Shown in pieces: positions 1-11,650 of a stretch of DNA of 64,000 nucleotides. How positions within the stretch are numbered: position 1 is the first letter of the stretch; each line of letters starts with the position of its first letter. Made by a program: the position numbers and the translations under genes. The stretch comes from Vampirovibrionales bacterium (GTDB lineage: Bacteria > Cyanobacteriota > Vampirovibrionia > Vampirovibrionales > JAJTHC01), in NCBI GenBank assembly GCA_035285025.1, contig JAYKHY010000011.1:5412-69411 (forward strand). The letters are read 5' to 3'. The notes beneath the pieces are model-generated. The model made no database searches. It was not told the DNA's origin and saw nothing but the letters and a program-made list of their open reading frames with translations.

Positions 1-278
1 TGCTGCCGCAAACGCTGAGTTACGTGATTGTTGCGGTTTCAATCGGCGTGCCGGGCTATATTCTGGCAGAATCTGGCCTGAGTTTTCTGGGGTTGGGCAT
101 TCAGCAGCCCGATGCCAGTTGGGGAAACTTGCTCAAGGAGGCGCAATCGTTAACCAATATTCTGCAACGCCCGTGGATGCTGGCCCCTGGCCTGCTGATT
201 GCCATTGCGGTGCTGGCTTATAATATTCTGGGCGACGCGGTGCGCGATTCGGCAGACCCTGCAACCACAGGGCGCTAG
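1..278 (+). CDS. ABC transporter permease (DppC/OppC-type), C-terminal part; 5' end outside window
   Basis: Reading frame is open from position 3. The EAA-like motif ESGLSFLGLGIQQPDASWG typical of binding-protein-dependent transport permeases is present. Stop at 278. Confidence 0.7.
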   Translation, partial: LPQTLSYVIVAVSIGVPGYILAESGLSFLGLGIQQPDASWGNLLKEAQSLTNILQRPWMLAPGLLIAIAVLAYNILGDAVRDSADPATTGR

Positions 279-442
279 CAGGCGTTAGTAAAAACTAATA
301 GGCGAATATATAGTTTAAGAACTACCGTGTTGCTTCTGTAGTGTCGCTTCTGTTCGCCTTGAGTGGCGGGGTAAGTTGGCGTCGCGACAGGTGGCCGCCA
401 ACTTAAAAACCGAGACTGGGATTCGTAAATAGAGTTGCGCTA

Positions 443-2305
443 TCAGGCTGTAAGCAGGGCTTGTACAAGCCCTTGCGCAAAGGTTTCCGCAAATGCCGGG
501 TCAAGCAGCTGCGCAGCCTCTGCGGGGTGCGTTAAAAAGCCGGCTTCAATTAAAATCGCAACGTTACGGTCAATGCGCGTCATTGCAAGCGAATCAAACA
601 AAACGCCATACGCGGGTAAATCGCACGCTTGCGGCAGGGTTTGTAGCAACTTGCGGGCCAGCGGCTGCGCCCAAGGGTGGTAATAGTACGTACTCAGGCC
701 GCGCTCCAATGCCGGGTCTCGGCCATCGGGCAGCGCGTTGTGGTGCAGGCTAAAAATCACATCGCAGTGGGCCAGGCGCTCGGCGCGCTCCGCGAGCGAC
801 ACAAACTCATCTGAATCACGGCTCATGCACGTCTTAAACCCCGCGGCCTGCAAGGCGGTTTGGCATGCCCGCGCCAGCACAAGATTCAGCGTTTTTTCGG
901 GCGTGCCGTCTGGCGCAAGCGCGCCGGTTTCCTCGCCACCGTGGCCTGCATCTAACCCGATGAGCCAGTCTGTCGGCTTTGCGGGCAGTCGCAGTAACGC
1001 GATCGTGGTGCGCTCGCCCTGTTGTTGCATGGCAATGCCTTTGAGCGCGCCATAAACCGGCACCGTAATCTTAACGTTTTCGGGCGTCAGTTGTTGGCAG
1101 GTTATAGGGCCAATTGTATCGGGCAGGTCGGGCGCGTAACGGATAAAATCGCAGTGATGCGCCGTGTTGCAGGCCGTCAGCTCGAGCGTGTAGGCTTCAG
1201 CAAAATTACACGGTTGCGCGATAAGGTGCCAAATCACGGGCGCGCCGAACGCGTCAAACGTAAGCGTAATGCGGTTCGGTTCGTGCGTTACGTTAATCAC
1301 GCGCAAGGGCTTGAGGCCATTGGCGGGGATAAATTCGGGCGACGCATTCAGGCTCTGCTTCAGGCTTTTCTCTGGTGTGCATTCAGCTTGCGCGACCCAC
1401 ACAGGCGGCGTAGCCGAAACCTGATAATACCCGTTGCACAAGGCGCGCGCGTGTAAAATAGCGCCTGCGGGTTGCGCGGTTTGTCTGGCGGCAGCCGGGC
1501 TTGGGGCCACGCGGCAAGTGGCTGCCGGAGCCTTTACGATGAGTGTTCTGGGCGCGCGCCATAAGGTAAGCTCTCGCGTGAGCGGCGGTAAGCTTAACGC
1601 CTGTGTTTCTGGGCCAATGCTCAGGGTTAGGTCAATAGTTTGCTCTGGAGTCGTATTAAATTCAGGTAAATGCGCCATTGCTGGCAGTTTTATCGAGGCG
1701 TGATATACGCACGCCGCGTGAATCAGCGGCTGTGCGTGATGCAGGTGGGCAAAAATACCGCTGCGGTTATCCCAAAAAGATTCCTGCGCGTTTGCTAATG
1801 CATTTTGCGAGCTGGCCAGCGCATTCAGTCTGATTTTGTGATCGAGTTGCGGGCCGTTTAAAGTCGCCACAAGCGCTTGGTGTGCAGGGCCTAGCACCAA
1901 TATATCCAGTGTTTCGCCCGCACAGGCGGCAAGGCCAGAGGTATCTGGCGTTGGCCATAACCAGCTTAAGGTTGCTGGCTCGGGCGTCACCGGGCTTCGG
2001 TAAATCGCAATCTGCGTGCTAGCCAGGGCCGTTTCATCGGCAGCTGCAAGTGTGAGTTCAACCCGGTTTAGGCCCGGCTTAAGCACGACCTTATGGCAAA
2101 AAAAGCCGCTTGCAGCATCCAAAAGATCTACACGGCAAGCTTGTGTTGCACCGGTATGCCTATCATCATTGTGGTTCAACACGTTTAAGGTGGCACCGTT
2201 GGGCCGTGCGCCCTGGCAATGTCCCATCACAAAGGTGCTGGCCTCGGCCGTTTGATGACCGTGAGCAGGGTAGGTGCATAAAATGTGGGCGGGCGCGTCA
2301 GGCAT
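443..2305 (-). CDS. N-acetylmuramoyl-L-alanine amidase (Amidase_3 catalytic domain at the C-terminus; ~400-aa N-terminal region of unknown fold)
   Basis: C-terminal region reads IGLDAGHGGEETGA...VIFSLHHNA...GLSTYYY, matching the Amidase_3/AmiC-type motif pattern. 620-aa ORF. No obvious N-terminal signal in the called start. Confidence 0.7.
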   Translation of the reverse strand: MPDAPAHILCTYPAHGHQTAEASTFVMGHCQGARPNGATLNVLNHNDDRHTGATQACRVDLLDAASGFFCHKVVLKPGLNRVELTLAAADETALASTQIAIYRSPVTPEPATLSWLWPTPDTSGLAACAGETLDILVLGPAHQALVATLNGPQLDHKIRLNALASSQNALANAQESFWDNRSGIFAHLHHAQPLIHAACVYHASIKLPAMAHLPEFNTTPEQTIDLTLSIGPETQALSLPPLTRELTLWRAPRTLIVKAPAATCRVAPSPAAARQTAQPAGAILHARALCNGYYQVSATPPVWVAQAECTPEKSLKQSLNASPEFIPANGLKPLRVINVTHEPNRITLTFDAFGAPVIWHLIAQPCNFAEAYTLELTACNTAHHCDFIRYAPDLPDTIGPITCQQLTPENVKITVPVYGALKGIAMQQQGERTTIALLRLPAKPTDWLIGLDAGHGGEETGALAPDGTPEKTLNLVLARACQTALQAAGFKTCMSRDSDEFVSLAERAERLAHCDVIFSLHHNALPDGRDPALERGLSTYYYHPWAQPLARKLLQTLPQACDLPAYGVLFDSLAMTRIDRNVAILIEAGFLTHPAEAAQLLDPAFAETFAQGLVQALLTA

Positions 2306-2588
2306 ATTTGCTTTATACTGACCTAACTGGGTTTAAACGATATTTTTTAAATGCAGTTTTTTTTAAATACAGTTTTAATTTGGCGACTCTGCATTAATTT
2401 AACACCCTGAATGTTATACGCAAGTCAACTTTTAGGCTGCAATGCAATGGCCTCCAAAATCCCCTCTCGGCAATTGTTCGCTAACCCAAATGTCTGATTT
2501 GCCTCTTTAAACTGTACTTTTTTAATCGCATCGTGCGCACCGATGCACCACGCATGCACCACGTAATTTTTAACCCTTTGGCCTTACC

Positions 2589-4574
2589 TTGAACATGGGG
2601 ATTCCTGCTTTTATGAACCGGCGATTACCTACAGCAAGCGTTTTAGCGGCGTTAACCCTGCTGATGACGGTGGCGACAATGCCTGCGGCCTGGGCGGCAC
2701 GGCTAACCAACGCGCAGTTTAATCCGACGGCGCAAACCCTAACGTTTAACATGGCCGAAGGCACCTTTGACCCTGCCTTTAGCGTCGAGGCGCTGGCGAC
2801 GCAAATCAAGATTGGTAAAAACCTGAGCGGCGAAGGGGCCAACAGCGGCCGAACGGTCAGCCCGGGGTATCGCACCACGATTCTGGGCGAAAAAGTCAAA
2901 GTCGATGACGCGCTGTGGTCTCGTCTGGCAACCTTGCTGTACACGCTTAAGCAGCAGCCGGGCGTCGATGATGCCACGCTCGATAATCTGGACGGCCAGC
3001 TGGTGCTGCGCATCGAAAGTCGCCAGCCCATTCGGCCAATTGTACTGCAGCATAAAGGTTCGCAAATCGTGATTGCGCTGCGCAATATTCCGACTAAGGC
3101 CCCAAAAGCCGATCAAAGCGAGACCCAGGCCAACGCCAAGGCCTCTGATAAGGCTAATAAGGACGAGGCGCGCGTTGCGCAAAAAACGCCCGCTAAAGCT
3201 AACGCAAAAGCACCGGCCTCCAAATTGGCCGCTAAAGCGCCCGAGCCGATTGCGGCAGGTCAAATTCAACCCGAGGGCGTAACGTTGTCCCAAGTGCCTG
3301 CGCAGGTGCCAGCGCCAGCTACAACAGTTTCCTCTGTTGCAACGGGCGCTAGCGGGCCAACCCCGACGCCCGAAAAAAGCCCCGCGCAGCAGGTTGCACA
3401 AGCCGCAACGCAGGCGGCGAGTGCTGTAACGCAGCAGGTAGCTGTGCCGATTAGCTCGTTGTTTGATCGTTTGCGCACGGGTGCCACGCCTTCAGATGCC
3501 AAATCAGCTTCGTCAGATACAGCTAGCCAGAGCGATAGCGCTGCCCAGGCTGCGCAAATGGCGATGACCAGCCCAATATTATCAATTCCGCAATTGTCCA
3601 GCCCGGTATTAAGCAGCGGCGCAAGTAGCCTGTTGCAGTATTCGCCTACCCCGTTGTATGCCCAAGAGCTTGAGCCCGAGGCCATGGCGGGTGTAATGGT
3701 GCCGCATTTGGCCGATGCCTGGCAGCAGTACCGTAACGGTAACGCCCAGCAGGCGCGCCAGCAACTTGATGATTACCGGGCCGCGCACCCGGAAGATGGC
3801 GCAGGGCACACGCTAGCGCTGATGATGGCTAACGCTGACGATAACCCCTTGCAGGGGGCGCTTGCCAGCCAGCAGCTTTACGAGCACCAGTTGCAGGCGA
3901 TGACTGACAACAGTCCATCGGCCAGTACCGAGGCCGCCATGATGCTGGTGCGGACCTTTGTGGCCAGCGGCAAGCTGGATGCCGCCAGTCAGGTGTTGTC
4001 TGGCTTGAATCAAAAATTGCCGCGCTCGGCAGAGGTGAATTATCTGCAGGGCATGCTGTCCGAATCCAGCGGGAATCTGGCGTCGGCGCGCAAGCAGTAT
4101 TTGCAGGCGTTGAGTAACAATAGCGAGCATTTTTTAGCGCATTATCGTATGGCCATGGTGGCGCTCAAGCAAAACCGACTCGATGAAGCGCTCTGGGAGC
4201 TGGGCGAGGTGCTGCAGCGTCGTCCGGATGACGCCGAAGCGCTCAAGGCTATGGGGATTATCGCCCAACGCCAGGGCCGCCTGGATAAGGCCGCCGGGTA
4301 TTACAAGCGCGCGCTTAAGCCGGATTTATTGGCCAATTACGCGTTGGTGCTTCGGCAGCAGGGCCAAAAAGAGCAAGCCTTGGCCGTGGCCAATGCCGCG
4401 CGGGTGATTGCGCCGGATAATCTGGATGTGCAATACACGGTGGGCATGTTACTCAGCGAACTGGGCGATACGCGCAGTGGTAAACAGTTGCTGAGCGCGT
4501 TTTTGGCTCGCGAAGCCTCGGGCGAGCGTGCGGCGCAGGCCCGCGCCAAGCTGGGTAAGCTGGGGGCCAAATAA
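2589..4574 (+). CDS. Secreted AMIN-like domain plus low-complexity linker plus TPR-repeat protein
   Basis: Signal peptide (LTLLMTVATMPAAWAA). A ~110-aa beta-rich N-terminal domain resembles AMIN domains. A long A/P/K/Q/S-rich linker follows. The C-terminal ~280 aa has TPR-like repeats (LQGMLSESSGNLASARKQYLQAL...). Transcribed divergently from the amidase gene. Confidence 0.6.
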   Translation: MNMGIPAFMNRRLPTASVLAALTLLMTVATMPAAWAARLTNAQFNPTAQTLTFNMAEGTFDPAFSVEALATQIKIGKNLSGEGANSGRTVSPGYRTTILGEKVKVDDALWSRLATLLYTLKQQPGVDDATLDNLDGQLVLRIESRQPIRPIVLQHKGSQIVIALRNIPTKAPKADQSETQANAKASDKANKDEARVAQKTPAKANAKAPASKLAAKAPEPIAAGQIQPEGVTLSQVPAQVPAPATTVSSVATGASGPTPTPEKSPAQQVAQAATQAASAVTQQVAVPISSLFDRLRTGATPSDAKSASSDTASQSDSAAQAAQMAMTSPILSIPQLSSPVLSSGASSLLQYSPTPLYAQELEPEAMAGVMVPHLADAWQQYRNGNAQQARQQLDDYRAAHPEDGAGHTLALMMANADDNPLQGALASQQLYEHQLQAMTDNSPSASTEAAMMLVRTFVASGKLDAASQVLSGLNQKLPRSAEVNYLQGMLSESSGNLASARKQYLQALSNNSEHFLAHYRMAMVALKQNRLDEALWELGEVLQRRPDDAEALKAMGIIAQRQGRLDKAAGYYKRALKPDLLANYALVLRQQGQKEQALAVANAARVIAPDNLDVQYTVGMLLSELGDTRSGKQLLSAFLAREASGERAAQARAKLGKLGAK

Positions 4575-4940
4575 GTTAGGTGCCCCGTAACGGATAGGCA
4601 GGGCTCTATTTCGTCAAGCGCGAAGCACGTTTTAAAGTTCATACTCTATATCGAATGTAGGAGCGTCACTCCTGCGAATGCCGGAGTTCAGGCAAAAGAG
4701 TTTATTGAATTTCCTTGAGCAATGGATGGGATGGCGCCCTCGCGTTCTTACCCTATTTCAAACCTGTTCTGCAAAAAAATGCAGTTTATGGCAGTGTTTC
4801 TTTCGTCTCAAAGTCCTTGGCTTGCTTTTTAAGGCTGTTGTCTTTAAAAACTGCACGCTGAACGTAAATAGAATCAGTTGATGACATGCCTTGCCCGTAC
4901 GTTTTTGGTATGGTAGTAACACTGGTTTTTTAATGTTTAA

Positions 4941-6410
<1,470 letters not shown>

Positions 6411-6438
6411 CTCCCAGACAACCAAAAAAAATACGCAA

Positions 6439-6470
6439 AGCGCCTCTTGAAAACCCAGGAGGCGCTTTTA
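6439..6470 (+). terminator. Rho-independent terminator downstream of atpD
   Basis: Hairpin GCGCCTC...GAGGCGC followed by TTTT. Confidence 0.6.
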
Positions 6471-6618
6471 AGTATCGTTGGGCTTTTGCTTAAGCTTAGG
6501 GCGCTTCCAAGCCTTTTCTTTTAATGCATTTTTTGCTCAAGAATGGCCTATGAATTAAGGATTCTACTGGTTTTCAGCAAATCCGATCAATCAAACATCC
6601 AAAATTTATGTGCAACAA

Positions 6619-6957
6619 TTACGGGGTTTTCTTTTGCCTGGTAAAGCTGTCTTGCTCAATACCTTTAATGCCTGAGGGCACTGTAAACGGTGGTAATAGC
6701 GTTAAAGGCTGCATCAAACTAATTTTACATTGACGCACATGCGTCAATGTTTTTTGGGGGTTGGCAGCTCTGCCATAAACAATCCAGACAACATCACCTG
6801 GATGCAAAGGATCAGCAATAGAGTCGGTTGCCAAGTCCAATTTGCTTATTTTTTCTCTGAATGCTTTTACTTTTTTGGATAAGTTTTCGTCATGCGTCTG
6901 TTTTACAACGCGCATCATCCCTGTGTAATGTTCTTGCCCGAAGCGTACCAAACGCAT
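6619..6957 (-). CDS. Hypothetical protein (112 aa)
   Basis: ATG start with a GAGGA SD 8 nt upstream. No recognisable motif. Confidence 0.4.
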   Translation of the reverse strand: MRLVRFGQEHYTGMMRVVKQTHDENLSKKVKAFREKISKLDLATDSIADPLHPGDVVWIVYGRAANPQKTLTHVRQCKISLMQPLTLLPPFTVPSGIKGIEQDSFTRQKKTP

Positions 6958-7041
6958 GCAAAATCCTCGATTCCCAGCGTAAATAACACCCTACAGTTTT
7001 GTAAAGCCTATCACAAGGTCTAACAAAAATGATAGCCTAAT

Positions 7042-9978
7042 TTACGCTAATGCTTGCACCTGCGTCTGTAAATTGCTCACTTGCGTGGCCAACTCTGAGA
7101 GCTGAGATTGCTTCTCGGCGATGACGGCGTCCGTTGCTTTTTGCGTAAAGCCGGCGTTGCCAAGCAGTTTTTCAAGTTGCGCATGCTCGGCTTGCGCTTT
7201 GGTCAGGACTTTTTCGAGTCGCGCGCGCTCTAGCGCGACATCAATCAATCCGGCCAGCGGCACAAAAATTTGCGCGGAGCCTACCACGCCCGCCGCGGAT
7301 TGCGCTGGTTTTTCGTTCAGTGCGGGGGTCACCATAAGGCGCTCCAGGCGGATAAAATGTCGCAGGATGCGCTCGCCGTCGCGCAGTGCCGCCAGGGTTT
7401 CGGCTTCGGGCGCGACAATAATAACCTCTAGCGCGGTTGCGTGCGGAATTTTATAATTTTGCCGCAGATGCCGAATTTCGCGAACCGCTTCGAGCACAAT
7501 CTGGGTTTGGTGAGCTACCGCCTGATGCTGGGCGAGCCATTCGGTGGTTGCGCCCGGAAACGGCACAAGCGAAATGGATTCGATCGAGCTTGCCGTGTGT
7601 GTCGCGCGCTCGGCGTAGGCCACAGGCCATTGCGCCTGGAGGGTTTGCCAGAGTTTTTCGGTGATGAACGGCATCACTGGGTGCAGCAGCCGCAGCAAGC
7701 CATCAAGCACGGTGCGCAGTACCAGTTGCGTCGTGGCGCCGCGCTCAGGTGTATCGGGGTCTCGCATTTGCCCTTTGGCCATCTCGACGTACCAGTCACA
7801 AAAGGCATCCCAGGCAAAGCGCTGCACGCCCACCGCGTATTCGCCAAATCGGTAGGCTGCAAGGTCTTGCGTAGCCTGCACAACGGTTTCTTGATAGCGG
7901 GCCATAATCCAGCGATCGAGCGGCGTAAGGGCTTCCGCCGGGAGCGCCCAGAGTGTTGTGTCGTTTAAGGGCTCGGCTTGCTGCGGCAGATTCATCATCA
8001 CAAAGCGGGCCGCGTTCCAGAGTTTGTTTGCAAACAGCTTGCCTTCTTCCAGTTTTGCGGGCGAAAGCTTAATATCCTGCCCGCCGTAGGTCACCAGGCT
8101 GGTCAGGCCAAAGCGGAATCCATCGCAGCCGTATTGATCAATAGCCAGCACGGGGTCGACGGTGTTGCCTTTGGATTTGCTCATTTTCTGGCCTTTTTCG
8201 TCGCGAATCAGGCCATGAATGTAGACGGTTTCAAACGGCGACTGGCCGGTGAGCGCAAGGCCCATCATCGTCATGCGCGCGACCCAGAAAAAGATAATAT
8301 CGAAGCCGGTCACGAGCACGCTGGTGGGGTAAAAGCGATGAAAATCGGGTGCGTCTTTTTGTGGCCAATTTAATGTACTCATAGGCCATAAACCAGACGA
8401 AAACCACGTGTCCAGCACGTCTGGGTCGGGAACTAAATCCGTACTGCCCGTCCGCGGGCAGCACGCGGGTTTTTCTTGCGGATTATCGACGTTGACAATC
8501 GGGAATTCGCGATAAATATCATCGGCGGCGTACCACGCCGGAATTTGATGCCCCCACCACAACTGGCGCGAAATGCACCAGTCCTGGATATTTTCTAGCC
8601 AGCGCGTGTAATCGTTCGTCCAGCGCTCGGGAATAAACCGCAGCTCACCTTTTTTCAGGGATTCAAGCGCCGCTTGCGCAAGCGGTGTGGTTTTAACAAA
8701 CCATTGCTTCGAGAGCAGCGGCTCAATCACGCTGCCGTGGCGCTGCGAGTACCCGACGCGGTGCTTGTGCGGCGTTTGCTCAGCCAGTAAGCCGGCGTCG
8801 TCGAGCATCGCGACGACTTGCTTGCGCGCTTCAAACCGATCGACGCCTTGCAACGCTTGCGGCACCCGCGGGTGATTGGCCAGACGGCCGTACAAGTCCA
8901 GAATCACGGGGCGGGGCAGGTTGTGCCGTTGGCCGATTTCAAAGTCGTTTTTATCGTGCGCGGGCGTAATCTTAAGTGCGCCGGTGCCAAAGCCCAGTTC
9001 TACGGCGTCATCTGCGATGACTTTTATAAGCCCCACGCTTTCGTCCGCTGACGCGTTTGGCGCATGGCTTAAGGGCACACGAACGGTTTTGCCAATCCAG
9101 TGCTTAAGGGTGGCATCATCCGGGTGGACGGCCACGGCCACGTCGCCAAAAATGGTTTCGGGCCGCGTTGTGGCGACAAGTAAATAAGGCCCCACGCTAT
9201 CCGAGGCGGCCGCCTCGGGCGCAGGGCCGTCGGCTAAGCGATACTTTAAATGGTAGAGCATCCCCTGCTCTTCGCGGTACTCGACTTCGATATCTGAAAT
9301 AGCAGAGACGCTTTGGGGGCACCAGTTTACAATGTATTCGCCCCGGTAAATCAGGCCGCGTTTGTAGAGTTCTGCAAATGCCTGGCGCACGGCCAGCATG
9401 CGCGCCTCATCCAGGGTAAACGCTTCGCGCTGCCAATCGGGCGAAACGCCAAGCCGCTTAAGCTGCCCCAGAATCGAGCCCTTGCACTGCATCGACCAAT
9501 CGTAGACGCGTGCTAAAAACGCCTCGCGGCCCAGATCGTCGCGGGTTTTGCCTTCGGCTTGCAGTTGGCGCTCGACCACCGTTTGCGTTGCGATGCCGGC
9601 GTGATCCGTGCCGGGAATCCAAACCGTATCGTCACCGCGCATGCGGTGCCAGCGCACCAGAATATCTTGCAGCGTGTTATCGAGCGCGTGGCCCATGTGC
9701 AGCACGCCGGTGACGTTGGGCGGCGGAATGACTAAGCTAAAGCGTCCCGTGCTTTTGTCCGCGGGCGCGGCTGGCGCAGGCGAAAAAAGATTTTGCGATT
9801 CCCAGTAGGCGTAAAGCTCGGCCTCGATGGTTTTAGGCTCAAAGCTGGCTAGCAGTTGCGTTGTTGGCACCTGGGCGGCATCCGTCCGGGATGCATCAGA
9901 ATTTAAGGCGGCAAGGTGAGAGGGGTCGGAGGTATGGAGCGTCATGCATCGTATTGAAGCATAAACAACCCGCGCCAT
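7042..9978 (-). CDS. valS: Valine--tRNA ligase
   Basis: HMGH (HIGH-type) and KMSKS motifs, a C-terminal coiled coil, and ~950-aa class I aaRS architecture. The true start is probably an internal Met (MTLHTSD...). Confidence 0.95.
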   Translation of the reverse strand: MARVVYASIRCMTLHTSDPSHLAALNSDASRTDAAQVPTTQLLASFEPKTIEAELYAYWESQNLFSPAPAAPADKSTGRFSLVIPPPNVTGVLHMGHALDNTLQDILVRWHRMRGDDTVWIPGTDHAGIATQTVVERQLQAEGKTRDDLGREAFLARVYDWSMQCKGSILGQLKRLGVSPDWQREAFTLDEARMLAVRQAFAELYKRGLIYRGEYIVNWCPQSVSAISDIEVEYREEQGMLYHLKYRLADGPAPEAAASDSVGPYLLVATTRPETIFGDVAVAVHPDDATLKHWIGKTVRVPLSHAPNASADESVGLIKVIADDAVELGFGTGALKITPAHDKNDFEIGQRHNLPRPVILDLYGRLANHPRVPQALQGVDRFEARKQVVAMLDDAGLLAEQTPHKHRVGYSQRHGSVIEPLLSKQWFVKTTPLAQAALESLKKGELRFIPERWTNDYTRWLENIQDWCISRQLWWGHQIPAWYAADDIYREFPIVNVDNPQEKPACCPRTGSTDLVPDPDVLDTWFSSGLWPMSTLNWPQKDAPDFHRFYPTSVLVTGFDIIFFWVARMTMMGLALTGQSPFETVYIHGLIRDEKGQKMSKSKGNTVDPVLAIDQYGCDGFRFGLTSLVTYGGQDIKLSPAKLEEGKLFANKLWNAARFVMMNLPQQAEPLNDTTLWALPAEALTPLDRWIMARYQETVVQATQDLAAYRFGEYAVGVQRFAWDAFCDWYVEMAKGQMRDPDTPERGATTQLVLRTVLDGLLRLLHPVMPFITEKLWQTLQAQWPVAYAERATHTASSIESISLVPFPGATTEWLAQHQAVAHQTQIVLEAVREIRHLRQNYKIPHATALEVIIVAPEAETLAALRDGERILRHFIRLERLMVTPALNEKPAQSAAGVVGSAQIFVPLAGLIDVALERARLEKVLTKAQAEHAQLEKLLGNAGFTQKATDAVIAEKQSQLSELATQVSNLQTQVQALA

Positions 9979-10270
9979 GTCGGGTTTTCAAGCGTTTTAA
10001 GCTTGGTTGACTCTGCAGGCAAGGCATGCGTTGCAAGGGATAATGGCTGTTAATTATAATGCTAGACAAATTTGAATATTCTGTTTAAAATGCAAGCCAT
10101 TCTAATGCGCTTAGTGTGCATTTTATGTATACGCGGGGTGCGCTCGCACCTTGGTATTCGCTCTGTTGATATCGTCAATTCATCTATATAAGGAGTCACT
10201 GATAATGACCGTCACGTCAGCATCATTTAGCGGTTTTAAAAAATGGCCGCTAGCAAATCATTAAGTCGGC

Positions 10271-10561
10271 TTGCAGGGTAAAAAGGTAAAAAACTCACCA
10301 AAAGGAGAGGAGCTGGAAGTCGTCGACGATTATTTAGGTGCTGAAAAAAATAATGGGGATCGTACAATTAGCGTCAAAACTTCAACAGGAAAAAAATCTA
10401 TTAGCACAGAGGGATACAGAGTTGTGCCGCCATCGCTATCTGAAAGACTAAGCAAGCGTGCTAAGCGCGATACTAAGATGCTCGCAAATTCGCGTTTTGC
10501 GAAGACTGCAAGCCGAGTAATGCATAACTTAGTCAACTGGATTAACCGCCCAGCGGTCTAG
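10271..10561 (+). CDS. Hypothetical small Lys-rich protein (96 aa) in an AT-rich pocket
   Basis: ORF starting at TTG. Local composition is AT-rich compared with neighbouring genes. A terminator hairpin follows. Start codon is uncertain. Confidence 0.3.
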   Translation: MQGKKVKNSPKGEELEVVDDYLGAEKNNGDRTISVKTSTGKKSISTEGYRVVPPSLSERLSKRAKRDTKMLANSRFAKTASRVMHNLVNWINRPAV

Positions 10562-10622
10562 TTCTGTCAGTCTTGCCTCAAGGTGAACGGCAGGCCGCCA
10601 GACGCCAGGCTTTAAATGTGTA

Positions 10623-10656
10623 AGCGCCCTGTTTTTACGAGCAGGGCGCTTTTTTA
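10623..10656 (+). terminator. Rho-independent terminator
   Basis: AGCGCCCTG...CAGGGCGCT stem followed by TTTTTT. Confidence 0.6.
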
Positions 10657-10911
10657 TGAGCGGGCTCGTTTTTGTTATACTGGCGCGGCAGCACGTAAGG
10701 GCCGCAGGGCTTAAGCATAATTTTGGCGATTATTTCGTAACTGGCAGCAGGGCAAATTTTCGTCAGGCAGAGCAAGCCTTTCAGCGTCCATGCTGTCAGT
10801 CGTGGCTCATTCGTTTAATTTTTTTATCATCACCGCTGCCACTGTCTAAGGCAGGTCTAATACGGCTTAAACGTTACGCTTTAAAAATTTATCTGGTTCA
10901 GGAGCCTGGCT

Positions 10912-11592
10912 TTGGGTTGTTCAATACAATTTAACGCGGTGTCTCGGCAATACGCCGAGCATCAGGTGCAGGCCCTTAGCGGGGTTAGTCTGTCGATTCC
11001 GGCGGGCCAGTTTGTGGCCCTGATGGGCGCTAGCGGGTGCGGTAAAAGTACCCTGCTCCATTTGCTGGGCGGCCTGGATAAACCCAGCGCTGGCGAAATT
11101 CGGGTTGATGATCAGGTTTTAAATACGCTCAATGAGACGGCGCTCACGCAATACCGGCGGGATCAAGTGGGGTTTGTGTTTCAGTTTTTTAATCTGCTGC
11201 CCACGCTCACCGTGCTCGAGAATATTTTATTGCCGTTGCAACTTAATAAAGGGTACGCACCCAAACCGGCCCAGGCGCAAGCCAGCGCCTTGCTGGCCTC
11301 GCTCGGGCTCGAGGCGCGGCAGGCGTTTTACCCGTCGCAGCTCTCGGGCGGGCAAATGCAGCGCGTGGCCATTGCGCGCGCACTCATTCATCGCCCGCCC
11401 CTGCTCTTGGCCGATGAGCCCACGGGCAACCTGGATACGGCCAACGGCCAAGCGGTGCTGGAACTGCTCAAAACCTTGTGTCAGGCGCAGGGCATTACGC
11501 TGGTGATGGCCACCCACGCGCCCGAGGCCGCCGCGTACGCCGATCGCATCATTAAACTGCAGGACGGGCAGGTGGTCTCGAATGACGCTTAA
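10912..11592 (+). CDS. ABC transporter ATP-binding protein (LolD/MacB/YbbA-type)
   Basis: Walker A GASGCGKST, signature LSGGQMQRVAIARAL, Walker B LLLADEPTGNLD. TTG start. Confidence 0.9.
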   Translation: MGCSIQFNAVSRQYAEHQVQALSGVSLSIPAGQFVALMGASGCGKSTLLHLLGGLDKPSAGEIRVDDQVLNTLNETALTQYRRDQVGFVFQFFNLLPTLTVLENILLPLQLNKGYAPKPAQAQASALLASLGLEARQAFYPSQLSGGQMQRVAIARALIHRPPLLLADEPTGNLDTANGQAVLELLKTLCQAQGITLVMATHAPEAAAYADRIIKLQDGQVVSNDA

Positions 11593-11650
11593 TCTGCGTC
11601 AAGCGGGTCTGACTGTTTTTGCGCAAGCAAGTGAAGTATAGATTTTAGCT

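Noticed and set aside
435-1703. Several 80-150-aa plus-strand ORFs (435-683, 493-753, 738-1055, 1022-1456, 1434-1703) inside the amidase gene region
   Set aside because: They lie antisense to or out of frame within the 620-aa amidase ORF, are Arg/Ala-rich as expected for shadow frames in high-GC DNA, and have no SD or start context.
11132-11517. Arg-rich alternative-frame ORFs overlapping the ABC ATPase gene
   Set aside because: These are typical GC-rich shadow ORFs. The ATPase frame carries all Walker, signature and D-loop motifs.
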